Source: Eutreptiella sp. 'Long Island Sound 2002'
Taxonomy: Eukaryota; Protista; Euglenida
DNA length: 64,000 nt
NCBI GenBank assembly: GCA_964036045.1
Contig: OZ038379.1
Span: forward strand, 26,474,001-26,538,000
Direction: 5' to 3'
Shown: positions 24,701-36,479 of the stretch, piece after piece
Position numbering within the stretch: the stretch's first letter is position 1
How the letters are laid out: every line of letters begins with the position of its first letter
The notes under the pieces: generated by a model
The model's database searches: none
What the model was told of the DNA's origin: nothing
The model's input: the letters and a program-made list of their open reading frames with translations, nothing else
Program-made: the position numbers and the translations under genes

Positions 24701-25785
24701 ACCCTCATCTGGACCTTAGGGTTTTCGAAAAATTTGCAAAAAGCCCTGAAAATTTTCGCAGAGATCACAGCTTCCCCCTTGGGGGGCAGGTGTGGAGGTC
24801 TGAAGCGGGGGATGTTGAGGCCCCCCGTGAGGCAGAACAGCGGCGGGTCCCGACGCAGCACAAATGGCACTGGTATCCGTACCCTCAGCCAACGCTCCTT
24901 TGGACTGCCGAGGGAAAGGAAAATGCTCGTGCATCTGATGTTCTGGAGACAATGCAGACGGGGGGGCTCAGCAGCCGCAACGAAGTGCCCCAGATACGGC
25001 AGCGGGACACCGTGCCGCCAGTGGCTGTGCATCAGAGGCCAGTGGGGGGGGGCACAGGGGTCATTCTGAGAGGGATTTTGTTGTCGTGCGCGTCATTTGG
25101 ACTGTCCTTACTCATCTCGAGGTTTGTGCAGAGGCAACGCATGGACTGCCCCACTCTGATAAAAAATTCCACGGTTTACGCTACTGCCAACCAGTGCAGC
25201 ATCAGACAGCCACGTCAGCATCTATGGATTAGCTGAAGGTCCCGTCAGTTACCCTCCAAAGGAGAGTTATGCATGGACCCAATGATCGATCCCATGCCCC
25301 GAAATACCGCCCAAGCGAAGTCGGAGACTTTCTAACCGCTGTCGGGAATTCTCCAACCGCCGTCGATTGCCTCTGCCCACCACCGGTTACCCTCCAGCCA
25401 CTGTTGGCTGTTGTCCAACCTCCGAAGAGACACCGATCGGTCGACAGGCGAGAACACATGGCTCCTGCACCCCTGGTCCAAGGTTCGAATCCCGAAATCC
25501 GAATGTTCCCTTCGACCGGCGCCGGGAGTGAAGGCACAACCTCCGAACACTCCTAAAGATCTCATGGTCGAGAGTTTGCACCCAATGGTCTGACACCGAT
25601 GGTGGGAAACACGCCTGGTCGTGCGGTAGCATGTCGGCGAGTGGTCCTCAGAATCATGCCCAGAAATGCCTTCCAAACTCCGTGGGACCTCAGGGGCGTC
25701 CGAAACAACACCGCAATTGAATTGGTGCCTTAGGGAAGATCCGGGCCACGGTTCACCAGTGGGCGCAGGACCCTCCACCGAGGCC

Positions 25786-26297
25786 TCACTGCCGGAACAC
25801 CTGCAGCCGCACCAGCAGCAGCATCGTGAAGGAGGCGGCACAGGAGCCTGCCTGAATGGCGTAGCCCCCACACTTGTAGACGGCCGCGTGCTGCCGGGGG
25901 CTGTGTGTGGCCTTGAAGGTGAAGAAGAGGTAGGTCTTGAAGTAGCCGATCAGGGCCTGCGCCACCACCAGCACTGCCATTATCACCATCCCCCCGTAAT
26001 CAGCGTGCCCGAACTGCAGCGACTGCCGGTCGCAGTATGCGGCCCACACAACATACGAGGACAGTGCCAGGATTGCACTGAGCAGTGTTCGGGGGTAGGG
26101 CAGCTGCACGAGCCCAACCAGCGCCGGTGGGAGGGGGGCGATGAGGAAGCTGGTGACGAGGTAGTGCGACAGCCAGTCATTGCCCGCGGGGTACTTGAGG
26201 AAGGCAAACGTGAGCAGCGAGGGGTAGACGCCGTTTTGCAGGGCGCTGACGACGGCCAGGGCCGTGAGGGACCACCACAAATCGGTGGCCCACTTTC
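25786..26297 (-). CDS. SLC52A: SLC52-family riboflavin transporter, last exon
   Basis: SALQNGVYPSLLTFAFLKYP resembles [37 protein letters not shown] resembles AIQVGSLLGAVAMFP; multiple TM segments. Acceptor could be 26297 or 26333 (both phase 1). Confidence 0.85.
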
Positions 26298-27661
26298 CTG
26301 TGGTTTTGGATCGTCGATGCACAGAAAAGGCACCTGGGAGGGTTGGGTAGTGGGGCCCACCAAGGGATAGGGAGGGCTAACAATAGGGTATGCCTTCCCT
26401 GCTGATGGAATCTGTGCAATGTCGCGCACACGGGGGCATGGTGCATGGGGGCACACGCACTCGACAATCACGCAGGTGTGACATGCACAAACGCAGGTAC
26501 GCATGCGTATGCACATCCAGCCTGCGCATGCATATCACGTACAGCCTGATCTCGGCAGGCCCAGCCGTGACCACAATACCGCAGGGTCACCGTCACTGTC
26601 CTCCTCATTCAGATGCAGGCGGCATGCGGAGGCCGCCTGCGTTTCATGCTCCGCAGTCCTCTTGAATTCCAAAAATGCTGGGGTCACCTCACATCCGTCC
26701 CCTCTGCTGGCGAGGCGTTCGGAGTGCGGGGGCTAGTCTAGGCCATGACTCCGTCGTGTACTCAGGTCCTTTCGCAGAAGCGACTTGCGACTTTACTAGA
26801 CTATAAAGTTAGCCTGTAATGCTGTACCAGGTCCCCGCAAACCACGATTCGCCTTGGAAGGGTTCTTGAACAATCATTTAATCGCAGTGGTTATCTCGTT
26901 GACCCCGGTGCAATCGGTGACCATCTTGCCCATCCTTGGCCCTGCTGTGTTTCGCCTCCCTTTCATGGACAATGCCAATCTGCTGTATGGTTCGATAATC
27001 CCAACAGCATCTGATCCAACGGTTAGCTCTACTAGTTCCTTAGAGAAAGATGAACAATAAGAAAAACAAACGGGTTGACCACACCATCTTCAGACGAGGC
27101 TGGGCAACATCAAAGAATAGGACCCAATCCCAATTTTGAACCCATCAAACCTTGCTGGGCGTTATCAATCAATTGTCTATCTCCTTGGATAAGATTCAAT
27201 TTCAACGGCTCACAATCAACCAATCCGACAACGCGTGCCCACCACCACCGAAGAAAGCCTAACACGCTTTAAGTGGGTTGCTACACGAAGTAGTAAAATC
27301 CACAACATTCATACCACAAAAGATCGACAAAGCAAACACAAACAGCCCCAACACAAAACAAGATAAAAGATTGTTCACACAAATAGATTCCCCGGACTAG
27401 TTGCTGGGCTCCAGGGAGCCCGCTGCACCTTGAGTAATCCTTTGTTTTTCCTTTGTTTTTCTTTTTCTTTTTTTTCCCTTTTGTCTTTTTTCTTTCTTTT
27501 TTCCTTTTCTCTTCTTTTCTATCTCTTATGAACTTTGCTGTTGTTTGGCCCTAATGCATTTCACTCCATGTGCATGTTGACTTCAAATGATAAAAGTTTT
27601 CATGTTTTTCAAACATTATTCCACGTAAGAAGTTTTTTGCAGGCCAATTCTCGAGCTTAGC

Positions 27662-29050
27662 ATGACGCTTGTGCGTTTGAGTGGAGCCAAGAGTTTGCGG
27701 GACTCTTTGGTCTCCCAACTCCTTGGTGAGTGGGTGGCTTCATCTCCCTTGGACCGGGCCCGATGGTCCGAGGCCACGGACGTTGGCTACCCCTCCCTTA
27801 TTCGTACTAAGCAAGTGGAGGCGGTGAAACAATACGCCTCCTACCTTTTTCCCGTGCCGGATTTTATTGGGCTCCTCATGGACCTCAATGTCACAAAGAC
27901 GGGGTTCCGCCACCTCTCCGAGTTCATGACCCGGCGAGGAATTGACTATACGGCCGCTACGGGCCACACTTTCCCGCGACCCATCCCAACACGGCAAGCC
28001 TTCTTGGACACGTGGAAGGATATGGCTAAGCCGCTAGAGTTCCGGCCCCCCGTGAACGTGGACGACCCACCCGCTAGTGGCCGCAGTTGGCCCGTGCACT
28101 CATGGGCCCGCTACATTCAATCGCGTCCACCACTAGTGGACACCATTGATTGGGACCGGCCTCTCACGTTTATTGTGCGCGGGGATGCGTGCCCGTGTGC
28201 CGGTGAGAGTTGGACCCAATTGTCTATTGGGCTCCTCAACCACGGCAAACAGGGCCGCACACCCGCCTACTTGTGGGTCATTGGGATGACCGTGTCGTGG
28301 TTGACTGGTGTTGGGTTTTCCTATGCATCCTCCATTGTTGCATGGCCATTGGGCGGCTGCAGGTCGCTTTTGTTGAGGCGCGCCTGGAGTCACTCCCGAA
28401 GGAAAATGCGGAGGCCGTGCAACGATTGTTGTACCGGGCACACACGGGGGTGAAGCTGGGTGCCACCACCGCACCCGATGGGGAGGAGGCCAGGGCCCTC
28501 TTCCTTGCATGTGAGGAGATGGGCCCACTATTGGCCTACGCGCCGGAGGACCCCGAATGGCAAGCCGTTGTTGCCATGAGGGATCTACGTCGGGACTTGT
28601 ACTGCGACACGCCCCCTCTCAATGACCTGGGGGCATCTGCTGTTGCGCAGCAGTACTGTGCACATTGCTACAAAGCCGCCTGCCAGTCCAACTACCTCTC
28701 TACTTGGAGGAGGATGTGACCACGGCGGTGGCTAATGCGGCACGTTTGTGGGTGGGGTTGGGGGCGGTGTGTGCGGATGTGGTAGAAAGCCTAAATGCCA
28801 TTTTAAAACGGGCCTACAACAATCACACAGCCCGGGGGGGGGGGGGAGGGATGCCGGGGGCCACATCCCTAGAAAGGGAGGCGGAGGTAGTTTTGCAAGT
28901 ATGGCAATGGTGGTTTCTGAAATCTGATCTACCCCTTAGGACCCTAGGAACCCCCCATGTGGCCCCATGTACAATGGCCACGCTCATGTCTAACCATAGC
29001 CCCCCACCCATGTCCCTTTCCCTTGCACCCCCAGCTCTTGTAAGCCCTAT
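27662..29050 (+). pseudogene. DDE transposase relic (region of the second Asp deleted, frameshifted)
   Basis: LTFIVRGDACP, FLCILHCCMAIGRL, SNYL..LEEDV and CADVVESLNAILKRAYNNHTARGGG match the motifs of the 47677-49763 protein. Confidence 0.85.
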
Positions 29051-29052
29051 CC

Positions 29053-31731
29053 ATGGACCCAGCCGCAATGGAGGCGTTGATGAACAAAATGTTCGAAAAG
29101 ATGACCGACAAAGTGGTATGTGCTTGTGTGTGCGTGTGTTTGCTTGCCCATGAACCGCATTTGTAGTCAGTAGTTTTCGTTTAAAATTTAACGGGGGCGT
29201 CGCTTTTCTTGGTTTAATTTTAACACCGGCGGTCGTTTAACATTTAAAATCTAAGCTAAAAATGAAGTGTTAAAAATTAAACGAAAAAATTTTAAACCCA
29301 GGTTAATTTTTCCATCTGCTTTCCCTTGCTGATGGAACAAGTGGAGGACCGCCTGCAGTAGGGTGGAGCACCCCCTGAGGGAGCAGTTCGAGCTCCTCCA
29401 GTAGCTGTAGCAGCTCCACCAGCTGCAAGCGGGCGTTCCCCCACCCCCGGAGGGGGAGGGGGAGGGGGGGGCGCGCCGTCCGCCGCCGCCTCCTTTGACG
29501 AGTGGCTCTGGATGAAGGAGGAGCGGTGGCGAGAGAAGGAGGAGAGAAGACGAGAGGAGGAGGAGAGGAGGAGGGCAAAGGAGGAGAGGAGGGCCAGCCA
29601 GTGACAGGGGGGTGGGGGGGTCGAGGTTAAGGCAGAGCAGGGGGAGGTGGTGGTGCCAGAGGATGGGGACGGGAAGGGGGAGGGGGATGAGGATGGGGAG
29701 GGCGATGAGGTCCGGGTGCAGCCCCCCCCCCACACACACACCCTGTTTTACCTCTTCCCGAGTTGCTGCAAAAGGCCCTCGGGAAAGCCTCAGCGGTCTG
29801 CCACAAGGCAGCCGCTGCCCCGTGGTTTGCCCAAGTCCTTGACCAGGGCTGTGGGCCAGACCAACCAATTTTTTCTGACCCCGGCAAGGCTCACTACACC
29901 CTGCGCTAGGTCATGCGCCGACTTTTCCGGTGCCTAATTAGGAAAAATGGGGAGGGCAAGGGGGAGTGGCGGAGGGATGCCGCCAAAGGGGGCGCCTGGC
30001 ACTAGCAGCCAGTGCCGGGCGGTCCCATGTCCCCTACCCGACAGGTAGCTTGGGGTCCCTAGGGGCCCTAAACCTGCTGGCTGACCCCCGGGGGGTCAGG
30101 TTTGGCACCGGCCACGACCTTGTGTGCCTGCAGCACTGGGTAGCCCTTGGCTGGTGCCAACAGTCGCGGCATGGCAAGTCGGTGCAGTTTGCATCCGTGT
30201 GGTTTGCCCTGCTGTCCCTACCCACCCCCCCCCCTAATCCCGCGGCGCAGCACACCTACGAAGGGCTGATGCCTGGGTTGCGGACAACCCGCGGCTTGGT
30301 TGCCGTCACTCAGACGGCACCTCCGGCGGCCACCACCGCCAACAACGCCAACGCGGCCGATCCCGTAGAGGCCCCCAGCCCTGCCTCGAGCTTCAAGCAG
30401 GCGATGGGGCTGCTGCATGCTCTTGGGTGCCCAGAACTTCAGAAGGTATGTGTGTGTATGCGTGTGTTTGTGTGTGTTCAATTTTCCGGACACTTCATTT
30501 AAAACTTTTGGTTTAATATTCAAAATTTCGATCGGCGCTTGAAAAATTAAAAATTAACGTTAAAAATTAAACGAAAAAATGTAGCAAAAGTCATCCGAAA
30601 AATTTAGTTTGTCCCGCGGACAACGGCCACCGCCTGTTTTGTTGCAGGTCAAGGACGTGGCGGTCTGCGGGGACGATGTGCGCCCCGTCCGTGTCGTTTG
30701 GAGCGACAAGGACGGGGAGCGGAGCGTGGGGTTGGGGGGGCTCCACGAGCTTCTCACCCAAGACCCCGCGCTTGGGCTGGCCGTGCTGTGCGGCTTGAAG
30801 GAGTGCGAGCACGGCCGCCAGTGCTCGGAGCTGTGGGGCCCCTCAAGGCCCTACAAGCCCACTTCGTGGGCACACTTGGGGGAGGTAGGGTGGTTGGGGT
30901 GTGAGGATGCGGGGCTTTGGTGGGGGATGGGAGGTGGGGAGGCAAGGCAGGTGAAGGAAGAAAGGGAGGGGGCAAGCACCACCACCACCTCCAACCCCCC
31001 CCTCCAAGCCTAAGCCCCCCCCCCCCCCCCCCAAGAAAGGCAAGGGGGGCAAAGCCCCCCCCCCCCCCCCCGCCCCCCGCAAAGAAGCGGAAGCGGTTCG
31101 AGTCGGACTCGGACGACGAGTCCGACAGCCCCGCCTCTTCCTCTTCGTTGTCCTCCGGCGAAGACACCCCCCCCCGGAATAAGAAACCCCCCCCCAAAGT
31201 CAAAGGCCGTCCCTGCCCCAAAAGAGAAGGGGCGGGAGAAGAAGGCGGAGGGGGGTGGGAAGGAAGCGGGGGGGGGGGAGGTGAAGAAGGAGGAAAGGGG
31301 GGTGGATTCCCGATCCCCTCGTGGGAACCCCCGCCCACGTCCCGTACGGGTGCGGGGTAGAGGTGGGCACCGTCACCGGTGTCCACACCCGCAAGAGCGG
31401 GGTTGTTTGGGTGAGATACCCAAACAACCCCAAGCTCTATGAAGTGGAGCGCCACCTCATCTTCGGCACGGCCGAAGCTGCGGAGGCGCACCTCCAAAAG
31501 GTGCGCAAGGGCAAGACACCCACCACCAACCCCCCCCCCCCCCAACGAAGCCGGCTAACCCCCCGACTAACCCCCAAGAAAACCCTCAACCCAACCCAAA
31601 TACCCCCACTAACCCACCTAATCCCCCAAGCGAAACCCAAGCTACCCCGGCATGATGGGACCCGGAAACGGGCTCCCGGGAGGTTTAACACGGCAACAAT
31701 GGCCGGAATGGCCAAGCACATCGAAGGCTAA
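29053..31731 (+). pseudogene. Spliced accessory gene of the transposon (acidic helix, Pro-rich linkers, small beta domains)
   Basis: Exon 29053-29115 (MDPAAMEALMNKMFEKMTDKV, GT donor; acceptor near 29331 appears mutated). Intron 30446-30647 is GT-AG, phase 0. VAVCGDDVRPVRVVWSD and LIFGTAEAAEAHL match the minus-strand copy at 45005-47795. Confidence 0.7.
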
Positions 31732-32357
31732 GGGGGATGTTCTATGTGTTTTTGTGCTTGTGTAGGGAGGTTTCATTTTTGGAAAGTTTGTTTAAATTTT
31801 GTTGGTTTAAATTTTAATCCCGGCGCCGCATAACATTTAAAATTTACAAATTTTAAACCAAAAATTAATCTCAAATTTTAAAGCCGAGAGCCATTTTAAT
31901 ATTTTTATACATCAAGACGGGTGACCCCCCCCCCCAAACCAAGGCGTAAAATGGTTGACAAACACACAAAGCACCCCATAGGGGTGAAAATTTTCCCAAG
32001 CGACACCCCTAAACCCCCGCAAAAAGTGCATACTTTGGTTTAATCAATTAATTTTTGGCCAAAAATATATTGGATTTAATTTGGGTCTCTAGGGATAGGC
32101 AATCCGTTTGTCTACAACATGTAACTGTTTGAATGTGCTGTCCTCCTGCTGTTTTCAGGCTAGACCGCAGGGCATTCACCGCAGTACTAACCGCCTTAAA
32201 ACAGGGGGTCTGACACCCGGTTCTGTTAGTTTCAAGTGCTCAAACATGAACTCGTTGAGCTTGAGCAGATATCTGACTACGTATGTGGTAAATCCTTGGC
32301 ACGGCAGTCCACCCCTCCTGTTCGGACAGACCGAACCAAACGCCTCCCATACACGAC

Positions 32358-32652
32358 CTGCCAACGCAGTGCGCGGACTATCATCAGAATACTCGGACTC
32401 TCGGCTGTACTCAGACTCCATGCGGGAGTCGGCGTGCAATCGAGTCTGCGACTCCCCGGGATCAGAGGGTGTGTAGCACTTGTGGATGGCCGTGAACGCC
32501 GCCAGCGACGCCACCGTCAGCACGGCCATGCTCGTGAAGAACACCTCCACGGAGAAGCGCGGTGGGTCCAGGGACGGACCCTGCCACAGGCCCAGCAGCC
32601 CGACGCAGGTGCTACTGAACGCCTCCCCCGCCCCTAGCGCTGCGGTGTAGAC
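32358..32652 (-). CDS. SLC52A: SLC52-family riboflavin transporter, internal exon
   Basis: VYTAALGAGEAFSSTCVGLLGLWQG...PRFSVEVFFTSMAVL resembles YLTTFFVGEGLSG...PRFSVSVFF. AG acceptor at 32654-32653, phase 0. Donor is 32357 or 32352 (uncertain). Confidence 0.85.
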
Positions 32653-33333
32653 CTATGATACACGTATCATGTGTTGGCATCGGCGATGAATTGGACGAGA
32701 AGAGCGCAGATAGCAGGGGCCAGGTTGGACGGTCACACAATGGCATCAACTACCGGTCAGGATATTGTCATTGAAAATATTCTCACAAAGTGAAAGTGCT
32801 GGACATGCAACATGGCACGCCCACGCTCATTTAGCACCGAGACCGTAAAACAACCAAAAAGAAGAAGCGGGATAGGGGATAGCAGCACCCTGTGGAGGTT
32901 TACTGTCCTGCCAGTTTGGTATATGTTACCGTGCCCTTGTCCCCCCCCCCCTGCGGTGGTGTCGCGGATGGAATGGGCACCCCATCATTGACCATAAGCG
33001 CTAGTGGTCCGGCTGTCCATCTCGCCTGCAAGCAAACCTGACCTGTACGCTCCCCGTCCGCTCCAACCTGTTGCACCTTCCGCGTGTCAAAACCAACATC
33101 ACGTTTGGACCTGCAGCTCATGCCAACAGACAAGTTGCGTTCGTTCTGTTGGTGTCACGGTGTGTGTGGTCTAGTGGCTGGTTTGGCACCCCCTCTCTGT
33201 TTCCCATGCCTGGCAGCTGATGAATTGGGCATTCACTGCCCGCACATTGCACTCATTATTGGGGCAAGGTGTAAGTGACCCGGAGAAGCGGGCACTAGGG
33301 CGCCAGCCCCATCTCAAAGGCACAAGTGCACAC

Positions 33334-33585
33334 CTCCGGATACCCTGCGACCAGTGGCCAGTACACGACGGAAGTAGTGCAATCCACGGCGCCGCCCAAG
33401 AGCGTGCCCAACAGCAGCATGACGGAGCGCTCGCCGCCAAGCACAGGGGCGGTGATGTGCCAGGTAGCGGCAAGCAGCAATGGGGCACCCACGCCAAGGA
33501 CCAGGAGGGTGTAGACAGCGGGAATGAGGGGCACATGGGAATTGCGTGCAGCCCAGGCCTCCAGCAACACGAAGATGTTGGCGAC
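33334..33585 (-). CDS. SLC52A: SLC52-family riboflavin transporter, internal exon
   Basis: VANIFVLL...GAVDCTTSVVYWPLVAGYPE resembles LANIGPLL...ALVDCTSSVTFLPF. Boundaries ctttAG and GTgtgc, 252 nt, phase 0/0. The upstream exon (W..N....ELP region) was not located. Confidence 0.88.
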
Positions 33586-34532
33586 CTAAAGGGCCATGAG
33601 ACAGTCACAATAAGTCTGCGTGATGCTTTTTTCGTGTTTCTCTTGCTCATTTTGGCATCACAATTTGTCATCAGCACCCGTGTGCGCATCTGCTGCCATA
33701 CTGCTTCCGTTTTCACAAGCTGGGTGTGTTCAGCATGCGGCTTAGGCAGAATGTGGCATTCAATAGGACTGAGCCCTATGGAGAAACCTTGCACTGCATG
33801 CGCATGGCGTGCACCTTTGTTGCTGATACCAACATTGTGTTCCAATGAAAAACATGACCTCAAAAAGCACAGAAAAAACTCACTGGAACATAATTTACGG
33901 GAAGACCCAAATCGACGTACCTGTACATGAGAAATTATAGCACCAAATGTCTTTTCATGTTTACAAAATGGAAACCGGAGGACAACGAGAGTTTGCACGC
34001 AGTATGCCTGAATGAGGCCATTCCGAACGTGACTAATGAAGTTTTGGAGAAGAAGAATCAGTTCTATAGCATATTCTGAGCGGAATGGAAGAGAAGAATG
34101 AAGGAAGCAGCTCCAGAAGTTGCGGAACAGCAGTGCTAGCATGTGCAAAGTGTACCAAAACCACCTCCAAAGCAAATGAGGAAGATTCGAGCCAAGCCAA
34201 GGTCAAAATAAGATGCTCGTGCGGTCCGTGAATTAGAGGTTCTAGAAGCCCCACCCGCAGCCATTCTTAACAAGGAGGGTGGTAATGGAAGCGCCCCAGC
34301 TTCGTCTACCTCTGAAGAAGTGCGTTCACCAAGGCACCGATGGAGAGCGCGTCCTTTGAGTCAGCATGAGAGGCTACCGCATCCAGGGAGGTGAACCCCG
34401 AGGAGCTCACCTCGGGAAGCTATGCTACTAGAGCGGAAAGAGACTGTGGGAATCTGACGATCCGGAGGCCATTAAGGAGGAGTTGAATTTGCACCACTCA
34501 AACATTGATGAATTTAATGCTACAGACGTGTT

Positions 34533-36000
34533 GGATGTATATGGGTGTTGGAGGGGGGTGGGGGTCTATTCGTTACACTAGCAAGAATTTTCTGGTGCGG
34601 GCTGAATTTCGGAAAAATGTCGTCCCGTGGGTGGGGGTATGTGAGACATTTTGAAATCTCCAAGAAAAGGGCTTTTCGGGGATGTAGGGCTTCAAATGGT
34701 GAGGTTGCATTGTCCGCATTAGACTCTGGCTGTGCCTACCCCACAGCGGTCATCGCCTTCTGTCCATCACGTCAGTGTTCGGCGCTTCTCCAAGCGCCAG
34801 TGGATTGTGCATCCTTGCCCTGGCTTCACGCTGTTCTCTAGCCCTCTACTCTACTCTACGGGGTTATGCGCACATCCAGGTCAGAGGTCACTCCCTCCCA
34901 GTGGTGCTTCTGCTGGCCCCGTCCGGCCCCTCTTGGTTGGGCTATATCTTGGGCCTTAGGTTGAAAAACCAGTGGGTTCAGGTCAGGTTAAGGTCAATAG
35001 CTCAGTTCACATACAACATACAGTGGTGGATGTAGGGTAAGAGGGGGGGGGGATCATATTTTTGCGCAATTTGGAGCAAGTTGGACACTTCTAGCTGTTT
35101 GGGCAGTCTTCCCGTGCAGCCTGTAGAGGTCGCTAGGTAGGTTTTCGAAGTAAATGGGGTAGCGCTAACATATCGTTACTTCACAACACAACCAAATAGG
35201 CTAGATTGGTGCATTATGATGTGCCGAATCCAAAAAAATCCAAGAGTTAGGCCTCAAGAACACAACATGATGGAGCTATGAGGTCCATACACAAAAGGGC
35301 TGTCTACCCGGGGGTTGTAACCTTGGTTGTGGGGGGGGGGGGGAGGAGGGAGAGTGTGGGTGGAACACCCAGAGGAAAAGGAGATATTTCGGGTTGAGAG
35401 GCATATGCCTCTCATGCTTGAGCACCGACCCATTGGGAGCAGCAGAAGGCTGCAGCTGCAGCTGGGAAGGCCGCCAAGGCCAAAAAGAAGCCTAACCCCA
35501 AACCGGACGTTGACCCGCCGTAGACAATCACAAACTTCTATGGACACGTCCTTGAATGTCCGTTGTAGTACTCGCCCTATTTTGTGCATTGCTTGATCAT
35601 GTTGTTGAGCTGAAGGAGACTTGCATTTTTGAAATATCCACATCAAACTGCATCAATTAACCCCCGATCATTTTTTTGGTGACAAAGCGATATGTTAGAG
35701 AAATTAAGGGAACAAGATAGTTAACTGAAAAACAGCCAACCGCCAGCCTGTGAGATTTCCATATTTCGAGCAAAATAGTCTCACTTATGGCAGCCGTAAA
35801 GCCCCACCAGCGTTTCAACCGGGTGTGGGACTTGATTTTTTTTTGGATTCGGCACGTCCAAAATAGGGGGGCATGTACCCACCACCCAATTTGGTGCCAA
35901 GCATGGGGCGGCCAAACCGAGTTTCCCAAAACTTCCCTGCTAGTGTAACAAATCGGGGGGGGGGGGGGAACCCCCCCCCCTCCAACACCCATATATATCC
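34533..36000. mobile_element. TIR-bounded non-autonomous element (~1.47 kb)
   Basis: ggatgtatatgggtgttggagggggg...gttacactagca at 34533 is inverted relative to tgctagtgtaac...cctccaacacccatatatatcc ending at 36000; no clear TSD. Confidence 0.6.
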
Positions 36001-36479
36001 TATGATTCAACTAAGGCCAAATCCGGTGTGGGCTAACCGACGCCAATTCCGGAGTTAGATCGTCCATGCTTGACCTTAATCCGCATGTGCATACAAGCCC
36101 AAATAAAAACGACTGTGCTCGGTGGGACACGATTAGATGCTACGGTATGGAGCATCCACTATCCCCCTCGGCTCATCCAAGAATGCACTGCAATATTCTA
36201 GTGATGGTGTACCAATGTGATAATCTCAGGATGCTTCTACTGAGGTACCGGTCAGCGAGACGGGTGCAAGGGATGGGTTTTTTTATTTGTGGCAGGAAAT
36301 CATTGGAATCATTGGAAATCATCAACGTTCAAAAACTAGGCGGGGACCCAGGCATCCTAGGTGGGAACCAAAACCGGTACCATAATTCTAGCAAGCGGTG
36401 GTCAATACCACTGAACTAGAGTACTCCCCTTGGCAAATTCTATGGCCTTCGGCAAGGCACCTCGAAGAGGGAAGAGGGA

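Larger units (their letters stand above)
27662..32094 (+). mobile_element. Left-truncated, internally deleted member of the two-gene RAG1/Transib-like transposon family
   Basis: Transposase and accessory gene are collinear with 44527-49989. Candidate right terminus ...gggtctctaGGG at 32094; no matching left TIR found. Confidence 0.8.

Noticed and set aside
26700-27540. Unassigned segment with a long T-rich tract next to the truncated transposon
   Set aside because: Could be a retroelement remnant, but no TSD or domain supports a call.
32653-32680. Hairpin atgatac-ac-gtatcat beside an SLC52 acceptor, considered as a euglenid non-conventional intron signal
   Set aside because: All introns I could define are ordinary GT-AG and no pairing between intron ends was seen.
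33600-34500. 334-aa minus ORF and the hydrophobic 34033-34254 ORF as the missing SLC52 first exon
   Set aside because: Lacks the W..N....ELP signature; the + strand looks like a decayed charged coding relic.
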